Shown here piece by piece: positions 38,894 through 51,039 of a stretch of DNA of 64,000 nt. A program made the translations under genes and the position numbers. The DNA lies in the NCBI RefSeq assembly GCF_031769215.1, contig NW_026782555.1:806001-870000 (forward strand), given 5' to 3'. Origin of the DNA: Ylistrum balloti (Eukaryota). The notes beneath the pieces are model-generated. The model worked only from the letters and a program-made list of their open reading frames with translations, was not told where the DNA came from and did not search any database. Position 1 is the stretch's first letter. Each line of letters starts with the position of its first letter.

Positions 38894-40314
38894 TAAGGGC
38901 CTAAAATTTGAATCAGCCAATTTTACAGTATTACGAGGTAAGATGAAGCTTAGTTCATTATTAGACTTCAGCAACACTGATAAGTACACATGTACTTGAT
39001 CAGTTACTGGATTTGTATTAAAGAGAACTATTCACTTAAGTGTATTTTATACAAACATCTATAACAACCTGCTGAATATCATAATAAACGGTGTTAATTT
39101 GAAAGGATAATTTTTTCACATGTTGGAATTTACATCATAGCGCCTCGACCCCAACCTAATAACTTATATGAGCGAACGTACCATAGATTTAACGCTTATT
39201 CTACATGAATTCATACTAACTGATAATGGATTTTTTAAATTGCGGATGATCTTTACTTTTCTCGCACCCGTTTTCGTTTTCGCTTTCTCATCGTGTTTTA
39301 CGGTATCACACCCTCGCAATAGGGTTAAAGTGCATTTAGGCGATCATTGAATCCTTGTACTGATTCTATCATAAATGATTATTTCCCGATATGTCAAGTA
39401 TTGACTTTTTAGATAAATGTTCATACTTCATTCATCAAGCTATAAATATTTGCTAGACATTTAACTTTGTGGTATCTCGAATGACAGTCATTCTAGTGAA
39501 TTTACCCTCTAAAAATATTAAATATGCAGTATCCTTCCGTTAGTATTTGATAAACATTTAATTTTGATGTATCCTGAACGACAGTCATTCTCGTGAAGAT
39601 TACTCACAAAAATTACCAATTCTGCTGTATACTGAGGTTCTCATACACATATAAGTGTATGTCAATGGTACAGACCATGTATTGATTTTCTAGGTTAAAG
39701 TACTTGATTATCTTGTGTAACAGGTGCGTGGTAAGCGGGCTCGTTCCCGCTCATTACACGAGTCTTCATGACAAGCAAATGCAAGACATTAACCTATCTA
39801 GAACCGAAACGTAACGAGTAAAAGCATCCCCAATCACCATTACTGTATAGGCTTATGTTTGTTTTATCTAGGGTCACGTTCTTGGTACCAGAACGTAAAT
39901 AAACAAAGTATTGTATTTTCAGTAAATATTCCTTGTTTGTTAATCACAAGAAGGTATACCATGAACGAACTAAAGGGTATAGTACAACTCTCCTGGGTAA
40001 TGCCACCATGCCACAGCCAGCATGCCACAGCTAATTGTTACATTACTGGATAATGCCACCATGTCACAGCCACCATGCCCAAGCCACCATGCCACAGGAA
40101 ACTGTTTCATTACTGTATAATATCACAATGCTACAGCCTACATGTTACAGTTACCTGTTACATGACATGGGTATTGCCACCATACTAAAGTCACCATGCC
40201 ATGTTACATTACAATTTAAGCCAGTCACTCATACAAGTCAGGATAAATGTAAAAATAATGAAAGAGTATTCTAAATCTTTTGAAAGGCTACAAACACCAA
40301 GTGTAAGTGTTATC

Positions 40315-41015
40315 CTGATATCACGATTTAGAGAGGTATACACATCTCACTATCTATAAGGATTGTCATTATCTCACGATCTAGGAGTATCCTAATCTCA
40401 CGACCTAGAAGGGATATCCTTATCTCACGATCTACAGGGATGTTCTAATCTCACGATCTAGAAGGGATATCCTTATCTCACGATCTACAGGGATGTTCTA
40501 ATCTCACGATCTAGAAGGGATATCCTTATCTCACGATCTACAGGGATGTCCTAATCTCACGATCTAGAAGGGATATCCTTATCTCACGATCTACAGGGAT
40601 GTCCTAATCTCACGATCTAGAAGGGATATCCTTATCTCACGATCTAGAAGGGATATCCTTATCTCACGATCTACAGGGATGTCCTAATCTCACGATCTAG
40701 AAGGGATATCCTTATCTCACGATCTAGAAGGGATATCCTTATCTCACGATCTACAGGGATGTCCTAATCTCACGATCTAGAAGGGATATCCTTATCTCAC
40801 GATCTACAGGGATGTCCTAATCTCACGATCTAGAAGGGATATCCTTATCTCACGATCTACAGGGATGTCCTAATCTCACGATCTAGAAGGGATATCCTTA
40901 TCTCACGATCTAGAAGGGATATCCTTATCTCACGATCTAGAAGGGATATCCTGACCTCACGATCTAGAAGGGATATCCTGACCTCTCGATTTAGAAGGGA
41001 TATCATAGTCTCACA
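40315..41015. repeat. 26/27-bp minisatellite with alternating A/B units, ~25 copies
   Basis: A = atctcacgatctagaagggatatcctt, B = atctcacgatctacagggatgtccta. Confidence 0.97.
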
Positions 41016-41734
41016 TTTTAAATGTACGTCCCTTTTAAAAGCAAGGGACAATTTGAAATGAAAGTACAATCGTGTAGTTACAAATTGCACGTGTGATGAG
41101 CAGATTTTACCTTAAGGACAAGCTTTGGTAAAGAAATATGCTCCAGCATAACAGCAGAGCTTCGGTTCCGGTCCATATTCTACACCTTTGGGTAGAATAC
41201 CAATTCCTTCCGTATTTGCCCACGAAAGACAGAAATTACATGTAACAATGAAAAGGTGAAATTCTTTTTTCCAAAGATAAAACAGGTCTTACTCTCTTTG
41301 ATGTCAAATCCGCAGTGGGGCCGTGTTGTTATTTCATGAAGTCACTCAGGAATTCACATAGTATCAACTTATGGACAAATATATACAGAAAGAAGTGTGT
41401 GCGAGAGAACCTTTTCCGCGGGAAAAGTTCTGAGCATGGTCGTTCTGTCAACAGCAGAGGTTCCATCGACAGTAGTCACTTGTAAGTTATTTATCCGGAA
41501 TGGTTTAACTTACAGTTGAGATAAACGTTCCAACGGTCTTTAAAGGCTAATGATAATACAAGATGTTAAATAGATATTTTGACGCCTCTACTGTGGAGGA
41601 CACAAGTATCACAGTCATCCGGTACACGCCATATTGTTTGAGCAAGTTTACCTCAGTCCATCGAAGTTCATCCATTGAAAAGACAATTTGAGGGGGGAAA
41701 TCAAGAAAATATCAATATGCCAACTTAATCATAA

Positions 41735-42008
41735 TTCAGACTAAAATTCCATAAAACTGAGACAAAATATGAACAAAAGCAAGCTTCACATGGAGACTCC
41801 TGAACAAGTACAAGAGGAAAAAGACCAAGTGTTCCTGAAGAGTAAGAGTCCTCTGCTTCATCAACGACACTCGCCAATGTAAACCTTGGTCAATCCATGT
41901 AAGTAATGTCACGTTCTGTAATGAGAACAAAGTATACGGCATCGGAGCCAACAGGCAAACTAACGTGCCTCAAACACGTCCAGCTTCATATCGGACAAAG
42001 AAAAAAAA
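41735..42008 (-). mobile_element. Penelope-like element 3' module, dispersed copy
   Basis: Minus strand ...tggcgagtgtcgttgatgaagcagaggactcttactcttcaggaacacttggtc...caggagtctccatgtg; A-tract at ~41996-42008. Confidence 0.65.
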
Positions 42009-42011
42009 GTT

Positions 42012-42475
42012 TGTTACTCCACCACAGTGTTTATCCTGGAGGAACTTGATTTCTGTCACTCCACCTCAGTGTTTGTCCTGGAGGAACTTGATTTCTGTCA
42101 CTCCACCAGAGTGTTTGTCATGGAGGAACTTGATTTCTGTCACTCCACCACAGTGTTTGTTCTGGAAGAACATGATTTCTGTCACTCCACCACAGTGTTT
42201 GTCCTGGAGGAACTTGATTTCTGTAACTCCACCACACTGTTTGTCCTTGACGAACTTAATTTCTGTCTCCACCACAGTGTTTGTCCTGGAAGAACTTGAT
42301 TTCTGTAACTCCACCACAGTGTTTGTCCTGGAAGAACTTGATTTCTGTAACTCCACCACAGTGTTTGTCCTGGAAGAACATGATTTCTGTCACTCCACCA
42401 CACTGTTTGTCCTTGAGGAACTTAATTTCTGTCTCCACCATAGTGTTTGTCCTTGAAGAACTTAATTTCTGTCTA
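42012..42475. repeat. 42-bp minisatellite, ~11 copies
   Basis: Unit ctccaccacagtgtttgtcctggaggaacttgatttctgtca; gives a 14-aa pseudo-repeat in the ORF track. Confidence 0.97.
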
Positions 42476-43609
42476 CTTTTCTGTCCCATGAATCTACCAC
42501 CCTGATTTAAAATTTGACTATTTATACTTGTCAATTATCATTTAAACATATAAAATTAACATCTATAATTATCATTATAATATATCAATGTGTTATATAA
42601 CATCTGAGTAATTTACATATTATTTTTAATATTCATGAGAGAAATATTTTCGAAACTGAAATCTTTGAATGTTTAAAAAAGAAAGGAAAAAATATTATAT
42701 CCAAACAAAATAACCAGACAACTGTGTATTCATCTACACAGGTGTTGTATACATTATATTGTATTTATGGTACATATTTGAAATAACATACACTGTATAT
42801 TTCAATTAAGGTTAATAACCAAGAAATACAATTAGTGTTATGCATTAAAGCTACAGTGAATAGATAAGTGAATACAAGACAACCTAGAAACAGTAAACTC
42901 ATGGGCTTTAAGCGTAAATATTTACTTAGAAGTTCTCAGCTCATTCATCGTTTTGTTTTGTACCTCTCAAATGTGTCAACAGCTTTAAAAAGTTACCTAC
43001 CAAGGACACTCTAAACAAGCTCGTCAGCGAATAAATCTTTTCAACAGGAGGCATATGACACAATAACGTGCCATGCATTCTTGAGAGAGTTTCCGGGAGG
43101 TTCGGTGCCGGATACAAACTCATTACTACTCATCTTGTTACCCAACGAATACCTGACCTTGTGATTAGAGGTGTTCCGAATATAACACAGCAGCATAAAC
43201 GTTAATGCGATACAAACGCTGAAACATTATATGGTATGAAAACCGTTAAGATTTTAAGGATCACAGATAAAGTTTTTGATGAAAAATGACACATTCAACA
43301 TACTGAGATTAAAACTAATGCATTTTCTCTACAACGACAAAAATCTAGCGTAATGCATTGCTTTTCCTACACAGCGGAACTCCCCGAGATTGTGTAGGTG
43401 ATCTATATCATATTCAGACAGAACTTCTTTTTTTCAATTTTCTGACTGACATCAGTTTTTATCACATCTACATTAAACAAACACGTTAACTACGACACTC
43501 CGGAAAGACGATACTCCATTCAAGGAACACGTACAATTCCTCTACACAGAAAACACGGATGATGTCACACTCAGGAACACATGAAATATTTCACTCTGGA
43601 AAACATGGA

Positions 43610-44675
43610 ACATTCCATGGTACACACAACATGGGGATATACACACAACACGGCGATAAGGTACACACATGGGGATGACGGCGCATAAGATACATACAAC
43701 ATGGAGATGACGGCGATAAGGTACACACAACATGGGGATGACGGCGATAAGGTACACACAACATGGAGATGACGGCGCATAAGATACATACAACATGGAG
43801 ATGACGGCGATAAGGTACACACAACATGGGGATGACGGCGATAAGGTACACACAACATGGAGATGACGGCGATAAGGTACACACAACATGGGGATGACGG
43901 CGATAAGGTACATACAACATGGGGATGACGGCGATAAGGTACACACAACATGGGGATGACATGTACACACAACATGGAGATGACGGCACACACAACATGG
44001 AGATATAACGGCGATAATACATACAACATGGGGATGACGGCTATACATACAACATGGAGATGACGGCGATAAGGTACACACAACATGGGGATGACGGCGC
44101 ATAAGATACATACAACATGGAGATGACGGCGATAAGGTACACACAACATGGGGATGACGGCGATAAGGTACACACAACATGGAGATGACGGCGATAAGGT
44201 ACACACAACATGGGGATGACGGCTATAAGGTACACACAACATGGGGATGACGGCGATAAGGTACACACAACATGGGGATGACGGCGCATAAGATACATAC
44301 AACATGGAGATGACGGCGATAAGGTACACACAACATGGGGATGACGGCGCATAATATACATACAACATGGAGATGACGGCGATAAGGTACACACAACATG
44401 GAGATGACGGCGATAAGGTACACACAACATGGAGATGACGGCGATAAGGTACACACAACATGGGGATGACGGCGATAAGGTACACACAACATGGAGATGA
44501 CGGCGATAAGGTACACACAACATGGAGATGACGGCGATAAGGTACACACAACATGGAGATGACGGCGATAAGGTACACACAACATGGAGATGACGGCGAT
44601 AAGGTACACACAACATGGGGATGACGGCGATAAGGTACACATAACATGGAGATGACGGCGCATAAGATACACACG
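43610..44675. repeat. 31/32-bp minisatellite, ~34 copies
   Basis: atgg(a/g)gatgacggcgataaggtacacacaac plus 32-bp variant ...ggcgcataagatacatacaac. Confidence 0.97.
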
Positions 44676-46156
44676 ATAAAAATCGAAATAGAAAATAATA
44701 GGAAAACAAGAAAATGAAAAAAGAAATAAATGAAAACAAATAATAAAAGAAACAACAAAGAAAAAAAACGAAGCTTACGAATTGTCTCCCCAATATTTTG
44801 CATTTGGCTAATACAATTCTGGGTTACAAACATGTCCAATGAAAATGTTTTCACTATTAATGCTACATCAAATTTGTTTTTTCCAACGGAAGGCAACTTT
44901 TAATTTCGTTTCATTTACTGTTCCAAATGTAAATATTGCAATATGGACGATTTCTGTTTGTCATGACAAACCGATATCATGCTTACCCTTGTGCTGGTGA
45001 AATTACGCCATTCAAGCATATTCTTTGAAATGATGTTGGTTTTCATAGCTGTACTATTTAACTATGAAAATCTAATCTTAGCTACACAACAGCAATCTAC
45101 ATACACTGATTCTATATATGCAATCAAATTTAACGGCCAGCGATTTTGCTCCATCTGCAAACTCAGTATGAACAATCTTTGCCTTCGTGCGGAACTGTTG
45201 CAGTTTACAGACATCTGGGTTCAAAAAACAAACTAATCAACCTTTTGAAATATATGCATGTTTTAGAAAGATTGCACGGGGTCGAATGACAAGGACCAAT
45301 GTCCATAAATCAAATTACAATAAAGGCTGTTTGTATCGCTGGGGACGGAGTTGAAAAAACGTTGTTACGCCATTCGGAACAAGAACAACGCTCGGAATCA
45401 ACAGATAAAAATCACCTGCTGTTCGACAGGCGATTTGGAACTAAAACATTTCTACCTATTTACCGAGCGGTCTGTCTATCATTCGTTTCAACCAAAACAA
45501 TCTGCACGCAATTTCATTCAAATGCACACGAAAACTTAACAGGAGAGTAATATGTCGTCTTTGATGTGTTCACGATGCGCGTGACGATGATAAATATGTA
45601 CACACATAAAACTGTACCAACAGATTCGTTTTAAGATGAACGTTTAAGATAGAATATGATGTAAACATTTGGATGCTAGATTCAATTTAGAGCAGATTTT
45701 GTTGCTGTTCAATTCAACGCACGTGCATCTTTTTTTATTTTTGTAAGTGAAACGTGAATGTAACTGACATACAAACAATAAAAAGATAGTCCGTCGATGT
45801 TCTCAATCAAGCGTAAATTCTTTCCGTGTCCCAGTATTAAAAACTTAAACAAAGTTTCTTATTATTCGCTCCATAACTGCGATAGACTAAATTTGAACCA
45901 TGCATTGCTACTGCTGTTTAAATTCACAGACAAACGAATAAATAGTCTGGGTTTATTTATTTGTTAGAACGTCACAATTAACTAAATAGATACTCAACTT
46001 AGACATAGTCGTGATTTATCTGCTACTATAGAATAGAATTGCATTTACGTGTGGAAAACACCTGAAAATAATTAACTAGTATCAATATATCTGTAAATAA
46101 CTCACCTGAATCATCATACCTGTTTAAATCTGTGTCAAAATACCTTCTCTGAATCT

Positions 46157-49100
46157 ATATACCTGTAGATTTTCCACCTTTATCAATATACCTGTAGATT
46201 TTCCACCTTTATCAATATACCTGTAGATTGTTCACCTTTATCAATATACCTGTAGATTTTCCACCTTTATCAATATACCTGTAGATTTTCCACCTTTATC
46301 AATATAGCTGTAGATTTTCCACCTTTATCAATATACCTGTAGATTTTCCACCTTTATCAATATAGCTGTAGATTTTCCACCTTTATCAATATACCTGTAG
46401 ATTTTCCACCTTTATCAATATAGCTGTAGATTTTCCACCTTTATCAATATACCTGTAGATTTTCCACCTTTATCAATATAGCTGTAGATTTTCCACCTTT
46501 ACCAATATACCTGTAGATTGTTCACCTTTATCAATATACCTGTAGATTTTCCACATTTATCAATATACCTGTAGATTTTTCACCTTTATCAATATACCTT
46601 TAGATTTTCCACCTTTGTCAATATACCTTTAGATTTTTCACCTTTATCAATATACCTGTAGATTTTTCACCTTTATCAATATACCTGTAGATTTTTCACC
46701 TTTACCAATATACCTGTAGATTGTTCACCTTTATCAATATACCTGTAGATTTTTCACCTTTATCAATATACCTGTAGATTTTTCACCTTTATCAATATAC
46801 CTTTAGATTTTCCACCTTTACCAATATACCTGTAGATTGTTCACCTTTATCAATATACCTGTAGATTTTCCACCTTTACCAATATACCTGTAGATTTTCC
46901 ACCTTTATCAATATACCTGTAGATTTTCACCTTTATCACCTGTAGATTTTCCACCTTTGTCAATATACCTGTAGATTGTTCACCTTTATCAATATACCTG
47001 TAGATTTTCCACCTTTATCAATATACCTGTAGATTTTTTACCTTTATCAATATACCTTTAGATTTTCCACCTTTACCAATATACCTGTAGATTGTTCACC
47101 TTTATCAATATACCTGTAGATTTTCCACCTTTATCAATATACCTGTAGATTTTTCACCTTTATCAATATACCTGTAGATTTTTCACCTTTACCAATATAC
47201 CTGTAGATTGTTCACCTTTATCAATATACCTGTAGATTTTCCACCTTTATCAATATACCTGTAGATTTTCCACCTTTATCAATATACCTGTAGATTTTCC
47301 ACCTTTATCAATATACCTGTAGATTTTCCACCTTTATCAATATACCTGTAGATTTTTCACCTTTATCAATATACCTGTAGATTTTTCACCTTTACCAATA
47401 TACCTGTAGATTGTTCACCTTTATCAATATACCTGTAGATTTATCAATATACCTGTAGATTTTTCACCTTTATCAAAATACCTGTAGGTTTTTCACCTTT
47501 ATCAACATACCTGTATACTTTTCACCTTTATCAATAAACCTGTAGATTTTTCACCTTTATCAACATACCTGTAGATTTTTCACCTTTAACAATATACCTG
47601 TAGATTGTTCACCTTTATCAATATACCTGTAGATTTTTCACCATTATCAATATACCTGTAGATTTTCCACCTTTGTCAATATACCTTTAGATTTTTCACC
47701 TTTATCAATATACCTGTAGATTGTTCACCTTTATCAATATACCTGTAGATTTTCCACCTTTATCAATATACCTGTAGATTTTCCACCTTTATCAATATAG
47801 CTGTAGATTTTCCACCTTTATCAATATACCTGTAGATTTTCCACCTTTATCAATATAGCTGTAGATTTTCCACCTTTATCAATATACCTGTAGATTTTCC
47901 ACCTTTATCAATATAGCTGTAGATTTTCCACCTTTATCAATATACCTGTAGATTTTCCACCTTTATCAATATAGCTGTAGATTTTCCACCTTTACCAATA
48001 TACCTGTAGATTGTTCACCTTTATCAATATACCTGTAGATTTTCCACATTTATCAATATACCTGTAGATTTTTCACCTTTATCAATATACCTTTAGATTT
48101 TCCACCTTTGTCAATATACCTTTAGATTTTTCACCTTTATCAATATACCTGTAGATTTTTCACCTTTATCAATATACCTGTAGATTTTTCACCTTTACCA
48201 ATATACCTGTAGATTGTTCACCTTTATCAATATACCTGTAGATTTTTCACCTTTATCAATATACCTGTAGATTTTTCACCTTTATCAATATACCTTTAGA
48301 TTTTCCACCTTTACCAATATACCTGTAGATTGTTCACCTTTATCAATATACCTGTAGATTTTCCACCTTTATCAATATACCTGTAGATTGTTCACCTTTA
48401 TCAATATACCTGTAGATTTTCCACCTTTATCAATATACCTGTAGATTTTTCACCTTTATCAATATACCTGTAGATTTTCCACCTTTGTCAATATACCTGT
48501 AGATTGTTCACCTTTATCAATATACCTGTAGATTTTCCACCTTTATCAATATACCTGTAGATTTTTTACCTTTATCAATATACCTTTAGATTTTCCACCT
48601 TTACCAATATACCTGTAGATTGTTCACCTTTATCAATATACCTGTAGATTTTCCACCTTTATCAATATACCTGTAGATTTTTCACCTTTATCAATATACC
48701 TGTAGATTTTTCACCTTTACCAATATACCTGTAGATTGTTCACCTTTATCAATATACCTGTAGATTTTCCACCTTTATCAATATACCTGTAGATTTTCCA
48801 CCTTTATCAATATACATGTAGATTTTCCACCTTTATCAATATACCTGTAGATTTTCCACCTTTATCAATATACCTGTAGATTTTTCACCTTTATCAATAT
48901 ACCTGTAGATTTTTCACCTTTACCAATATACCTGTAGATTGTTCACCTTTATCAATATACCTGTAGATTTTCCACCTTTATCAATATACCTGTAGATTTT
49001 TCACCTTTATCAATATACCTGTAGATTTTCCACCTTTGTCAATATACCTTTAGATTTTCCACCTTTGTCAATATACCTGTATATTTTTCACCTTTATCAA

Positions 49101-50006
49101 TAAACCTGTAGATTTTTCACCTTTATCAATATACCTGTAGATTTTTCACCTTTACCAATATACCTGTAGATTGTTCACCTTTATCAATATACCTGTAGAT
49201 TTTTCACCATTATCAATATACCTGTAGATTTTCCACCTTTGTCAATATACCTTTAGATTTTTCACCTTTATCAATATACCTGTAGATTTTCCACCTTTGT
49301 CAATATACCTTTAAATTTTCCACCTTTATCAATATACCTGTAGATTTTTCACCTTTATCAATATACCTGTAGATTTTTCACCTTTATCAATATACCTGTA
49401 GATTTTTCACCTTTACCAATATACCTTTAGATTGTTCACCTTTATCAATATACCTGTAGATTTTCCACCTTTATCAATATACCTGTAGATTTTTCACCTT
49501 TATCAATATACCTGTAGATTTTCCACCTTTGTCAATATACCTTTAGATTTTCCACCTTTGTCAATATACCTGTATATTTTTCACCTTTATCAATAAACCT
49601 GTAGATTTTTCACCTTTATCAATATACCTGTAGATTTTTCACCTTTACCAATATACCTGTAGATTGTTCACCTTTATCAATATACCTGTAGATTTTTCAC
49701 CTTTATCAATATACCTGTAGATTTTCCACCTTTGTCAATATACCTTTAGATTTTTCACCTTTATCAATATACCTGTAGATTTTCCACCTTTGTCAATATA
49801 CCTTTAAATTTTCCACCTTTATCAATATACCTGTAGATTTTTCACCTTTATCAATAAACCTGTAGGTTTTTCAACTCTATCAATATACCTGTCGATTGTT
49901 CACCTTAACAATATACCTGTAGATTTTTCACCTTTACCAACATACCTTTAGATTGTTCACCTTTATCAATAAACCTGTAGATTTTCCACCTTTATCAATA
50001 TACCTG
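46157..50006. repeat. 29-bp minisatellite, ~133 copies, with higher-order duplications
   Basis: Unit tacctgtagattttccacctttatcaata; diagnostic variants recur at offsets 1493 and 493 bp. Confidence 0.99.
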
Positions 50007-51039
50007 AAGACCTGCGTTAATCAAATAAAATTCAAATTTGTTTCTTCCTGCGGGAAAGACCAGATTGTTTGAACAGTTTCCACGTGTAAATTTCACACTG
50101 CAAGGGGCACTGATAAACGCATAAAAGAAATTCTTCTAAAAGTATGTTTTCTAATAAATATGTCTCCTTGATTCCGAATCTGATTTATGATGACCTTTAA
50201 AGTAAATGTTATCGAATTTTTATCGTTTATGTATGTCGGAAAATGAATTGTGTATCATCCACGTAATCTTTTATTAAAGATTATATCACTTTTTGTTGCA
50301 ATCGTAAGACTGTTTCGTGTTACTGCCTACAACCTGTATCTATCCCGTTGCCGATGCCCTACAGATAGGGGGTATCGCTTACACTGGAGGCAATGCGTGA
50401 ATCATATTGCCTCGATATGAACACAACTTCACGAAACAGAAAACTTATTCGACATAGTGTAGAAAGTCATATTCAGATTTGCAACTTGCCAATTTGATTT
50501 TAGAATTATCAATGTGTTGGTAGATATTGTAATTCCACTGGCAGCCTTTCATTCTTCATCAAGAGTCCCGTTGAAGCGTATTCTATTTCAGTGTACAAGT
50601 GTCAAATACACGAGACTTACCAAATATACCACATGTTGATATCAGATATTGTTATTTCATAGCTAATCTTAAAATGTTTCCTTTATTCTGATTTTAGTAA
50701 CTTCAGATACGTTGTTTCCAGAAAAATGATCTAGATACGATCCCGGGAATATTAAGACACTTTCGGATAACAGATGTTTATTACAAAGTTGTCGATGCTG
50801 ATGTTGACGGGAGGCCAGGGAATGAGACGATACATAGAATAAACCTTTCTTAATGACAAAACGCACTTTCTGTTCTTGGTTAAGTGGGGGATAAAATCAC
50901 TACAATATGGCGGATTAATAAACACGTCTTCGGCGCTGAAGTAATACATTTGTGTTTAATGACGGCCCTAGGAGTAGCCAATCAACATAATCACACACAG
51001 ACAAGTTTTATCTTACAGAGACAAGCTTTGTATAATAAG

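Noticed and set aside
43542-44896. 441-, 250- and 220-aa ORFs (VCTLSPSSPCCVYLIAVI repeats)
   Set aside because: They are translations of the 31/32-bp minisatellite, which is open in several frames and shifts frame from unit to unit; not a protein gene.
50705-50850. Open stretch IRCFQKNDLDTIPGILRHFRITDVYYKVVDADVDG after an AG
   Set aside because: About 48 codons with no recognisable homology or partner exon; within chance expectation.
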